Positions 62,330 to 64,000 of a stretch of 64,000 bases of DNA are shown one piece after another. The translations under genes were made by a program, and so were the position numbers. The notes beneath the pieces were generated by a model. The model worked only from the letters and a program-made list of their open reading frames with translations. It searched no databases and was not told the DNA's origin. The stretch lies in the NCBI GenBank assembly GCA_016870095.1, contig VGCI01000006.1:7349-71348 (forward strand), in the 5' to 3' direction. Position 1 is the first letter of the stretch. Every line of letters begins with the position of its first letter. This stretch comes from Alphaproteobacteria bacterium. GTDB taxonomy: Bacteria; Pseudomonadota; Alphaproteobacteria; Paracaedibacterales; VGCI01.

Positions 62330-63394
62330 ATGAAACGCAATCTTTTCCTGAGTTCTTTTATAGCCCTTGCTTTTCTTTCTCTGTTTTTCTGGAAATCCCA
62401 GCGGGGAGAAATCGATTCATTTTCTCAAAAAGCCTCTCTATTTGCTGAACAGGGTAAGGTAACAGATTCTATTGTAAAATTGATGGGGCTGACGGGAATT
62501 CGCATAGAAGGAGACCCGATTCAAGCGGAAACTTCGTGGCCAGCACCACTCATATATCTTAAATCACGCAAATTAGATGATGTTGTTGCCGCGGTTCAGG
62601 GAAAAAGAGATCCTCGAATTTCATGGCTGGGCAATCCTAAAAAAGAGCGGTGGGAAGATGACAATACAAAGCCGGCTTTATCTCCAGCTCAGACTCAAGA
62701 CATTATCAAAATATCTTTAGAGTCATTACGATTGGCCCCTCGGATTGATCCGGAAACTTCGGCTCATAATTCTCGGGGAATTTTGTTCTTAGGAGCAACA
62801 TTGTCCCGAGTGCGTGATCGACTGGCATATTTAAATGATCAATATCGGTTACGCAAGTTGGCGCTGACTCTTCCCGTTTATATTTTAACAGGAGAAAGAC
62901 CCCTTGATGAAAAGGTTGGAGAAACGGCTGCGAGCTTAACGAACTCGGACAATAAAATTATTCCTTTTCGTAAGGATTGGGTTTCATCTGGAAAGCCGGT
63001 AACTGATGAAGGGGAGATGATTAAGCTCGTATTTTCTCAGTCCCGCCATGAAGACCTTGAGATGAGTAACGTGTTTTATGTGTACTCCCCCAGAGGAAGA
63101 GAAAGAAGAGCGACAACAGAGAGTACCATTATCCAGTGGTTAAAGGAATTCCATCCTAAAGCGGGTCGATACGTTGCTATTTCTAATCAACCCTATATCT
63201 TTTATCAAGAAAGTGTTATTCGTCGTGTCCTTCTTCAAGCGGCTCGCGCAGATATTCAAGTGGACGTCATTGGGTCTGAAATAGAGCCTAAAGATAAGTC
63301 TCCTGATTTAGATACAGAGCAAGCTAAGAACCTGTTGAATAACATATCTCGTATTTTATATGAGCTGTTAGAAATAAAGAAAATTTGCAAATAA
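62330..63394 (+). CDS. hypothetical membrane-anchored protein (possibly YdcF/ElyC DUF218-like fold)
   Basis: N-terminal anchor LFLSSFIALAFLSLFFW. It resembles the DUF218 layout loosely (ILFLGATLSRVRDRL…VYILTGERPL…RATTESTI…VAISNQPYIFYQ). The assignment is weak. Confidence 0.45.
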   Translation: MKRNLFLSSFIALAFLSLFFWKSQRGEIDSFSQKASLFAEQGKVTDSIVKLMGLTGIRIEGDPIQAETSWPAPLIYLKSRKLDDVVAAVQGKRDPRISWLGNPKKERWEDDNTKPALSPAQTQDIIKISLESLRLAPRIDPETSAHNSRGILFLGATLSRVRDRLAYLNDQYRLRKLALTLPVYILTGERPLDEKVGETAASLTNSDNKIIPFRKDWVSSGKPVTDEGEMIKLVFSQSRHEDLEMSNVFYVYSPRGRERRATTESTIIQWLKEFHPKAGRYVAISNQPYIFYQESVIRRVLLQAARADIQVDVIGSEIEPKDKSPDLDTEQAKNLLNNISRILYELLEIKKICK

Positions 63395-63407
63395 GGAATT
63401 TTGAGGT

Positions 63408-63791
63408 TTAAATTTTTTCCTTAAGAAGTTTTTCAATTCTTTGGGCTTCATCGAAGCTCTCATCAAGTCGGAATCGGAGAGTCGGAGTGAATTTTGACTT
63501 CAATTCTTTGCCAAGCTGATGTCGAATATATCCTGTTATCTCCTTAAGATAACTTATTGTTTCCACACGATATTGACCCCCTAAGGGCATAATGTAAACT
63601 GTGGCATTCTGCAAATCAGGCGACATTTGGACTTGCGTGATGGTCACGGAAGTTGGCAGTCCGGGTTCTGGAAACTCTGCACGTAAAAATAAAGTTGATA
63701 GAATATGACGCACTTCTTCACCAACTCGCAGTCGTCTATGGCTGGGGGCTTTGGGGGGGGTAAATAAACTATCTTTTTGTCGTGACGTCAT
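63408..63791 (-). CDS. rbfA: ribosome-binding factor A
   Basis: RRLRVGEEVRHILSTLF…VTITQVQMSPDLQNATVYIMPLGG is the RbfA core. The start is set at ATG 63791 because the track start at 63872 overlaps the infB 3' end. Confidence 0.88.
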   Translation of the reverse strand: MTSRQKDSLFTPPKAPSHRRLRVGEEVRHILSTLFLRAEFPEPGLPTSVTITQVQMSPDLQNATVYIMPLGGQYRVETISYLKEITGYIRHQLGKELKSKFTPTLRFRLDESFDEAQRIEKLLKEKI

Positions 63792-63807
63792 TTTCCTGAT
63801 TTTAGCC

Positions 63808-64000
63808 CTAAATTTGTCGGGCAATACTCTCGATTTCATAACATTCAAGGATGTCTTTTTCTTGAATGTCATTGTAATTTTCTAAAACAATTCCACACTC
63901 ATAGGACTCTTTGACATCTTTCACTTCATCCTTAAAGCGCTTCAGAGACTTCAAGGAGCCTTCATGAATTACGACATTGTCGCGCAATAGTCTTATTTTC
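63808..64000 (-). CDS. infB: translation initiation factor IF-2, 3' end (gene continues beyond window end)
   Basis: My reverse-strand translation from 63999 reads [63 protein letters not shown] with stop at 63808-63810. This is the typical IF-2 C-terminus, and infB-rbfA is the conserved order. It is not in the ORF track. Confidence 0.9.
   Translation of the reverse strand, partial: KIRLLRDNVVIHEGSLKSLKRFKDEVKDVKESYECGIVLENYNDIQEKDILECYEIESIARQI

Noticed and set aside
63792-63872. The longer rbfA ORF starting at 63872.
   Set aside because: That stretch overlaps the 3' end of infB, whose stop I translated at 63808-63810. The ATG at 63791 gives a normal infB-stop/rbfA-start spacing.

Overview
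This 64-kb chromosomal window is moderately AT-rich, with very AT-rich spacers (composition not computed). It reads as an alphaproteobacterium, probably host-associated or intracellular. That inference rests on alpha-type addB/addA, fdxA-carD and rpoH, several scavenging transporters (NupC, MHS-type MFS, YhhQ, APC) and eukaryote-like secreted proteins. Housekeeping blocks are def-fmt-truA, fdxA-carD, rpoH, PBP1A, gyrB-recF-dnaN-dnaA (reverse strand), mlaA-mlaC, atpHAGDC, murU-like-addB, addA, tolC with a divergent lssB/lssD-like type I secretion pair, mreBCD, sodB and infB(3' end)-rbfA. I saw no rRNA, tRNA, CRISPR array, transposase, integrase or phage genes. The observations most worth a second look are: (1) two tandem 21-codon sORFs, below ORF-caller threshold, whose substitution pattern looks like purifying selection, inside a 1.2-kb noncoding gap between lysR and rpoH. 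(2) A 5.4-kb insertion splitting the normally adjacent addB and addA; it carries a sensor diguanylate cyclase and a tandem pair of eukaryote-type secreted proteases (papain-like C1 and leishmanolysin-like M8). (3) A 525-aa protein built like a eukaryotic type I membrane glycoprotein, with a Tyr/Pro-repeat tail. (4) An ATP synthase epsilon subunit lacking its whole C-terminal helical domain, abutted by a YciI-like gene. (5) An Lss-type T1SS with no visible substrate. All calls come from reading motifs in the supplied translations and DNA. No database search was run, so family names are recognitions, not hits.
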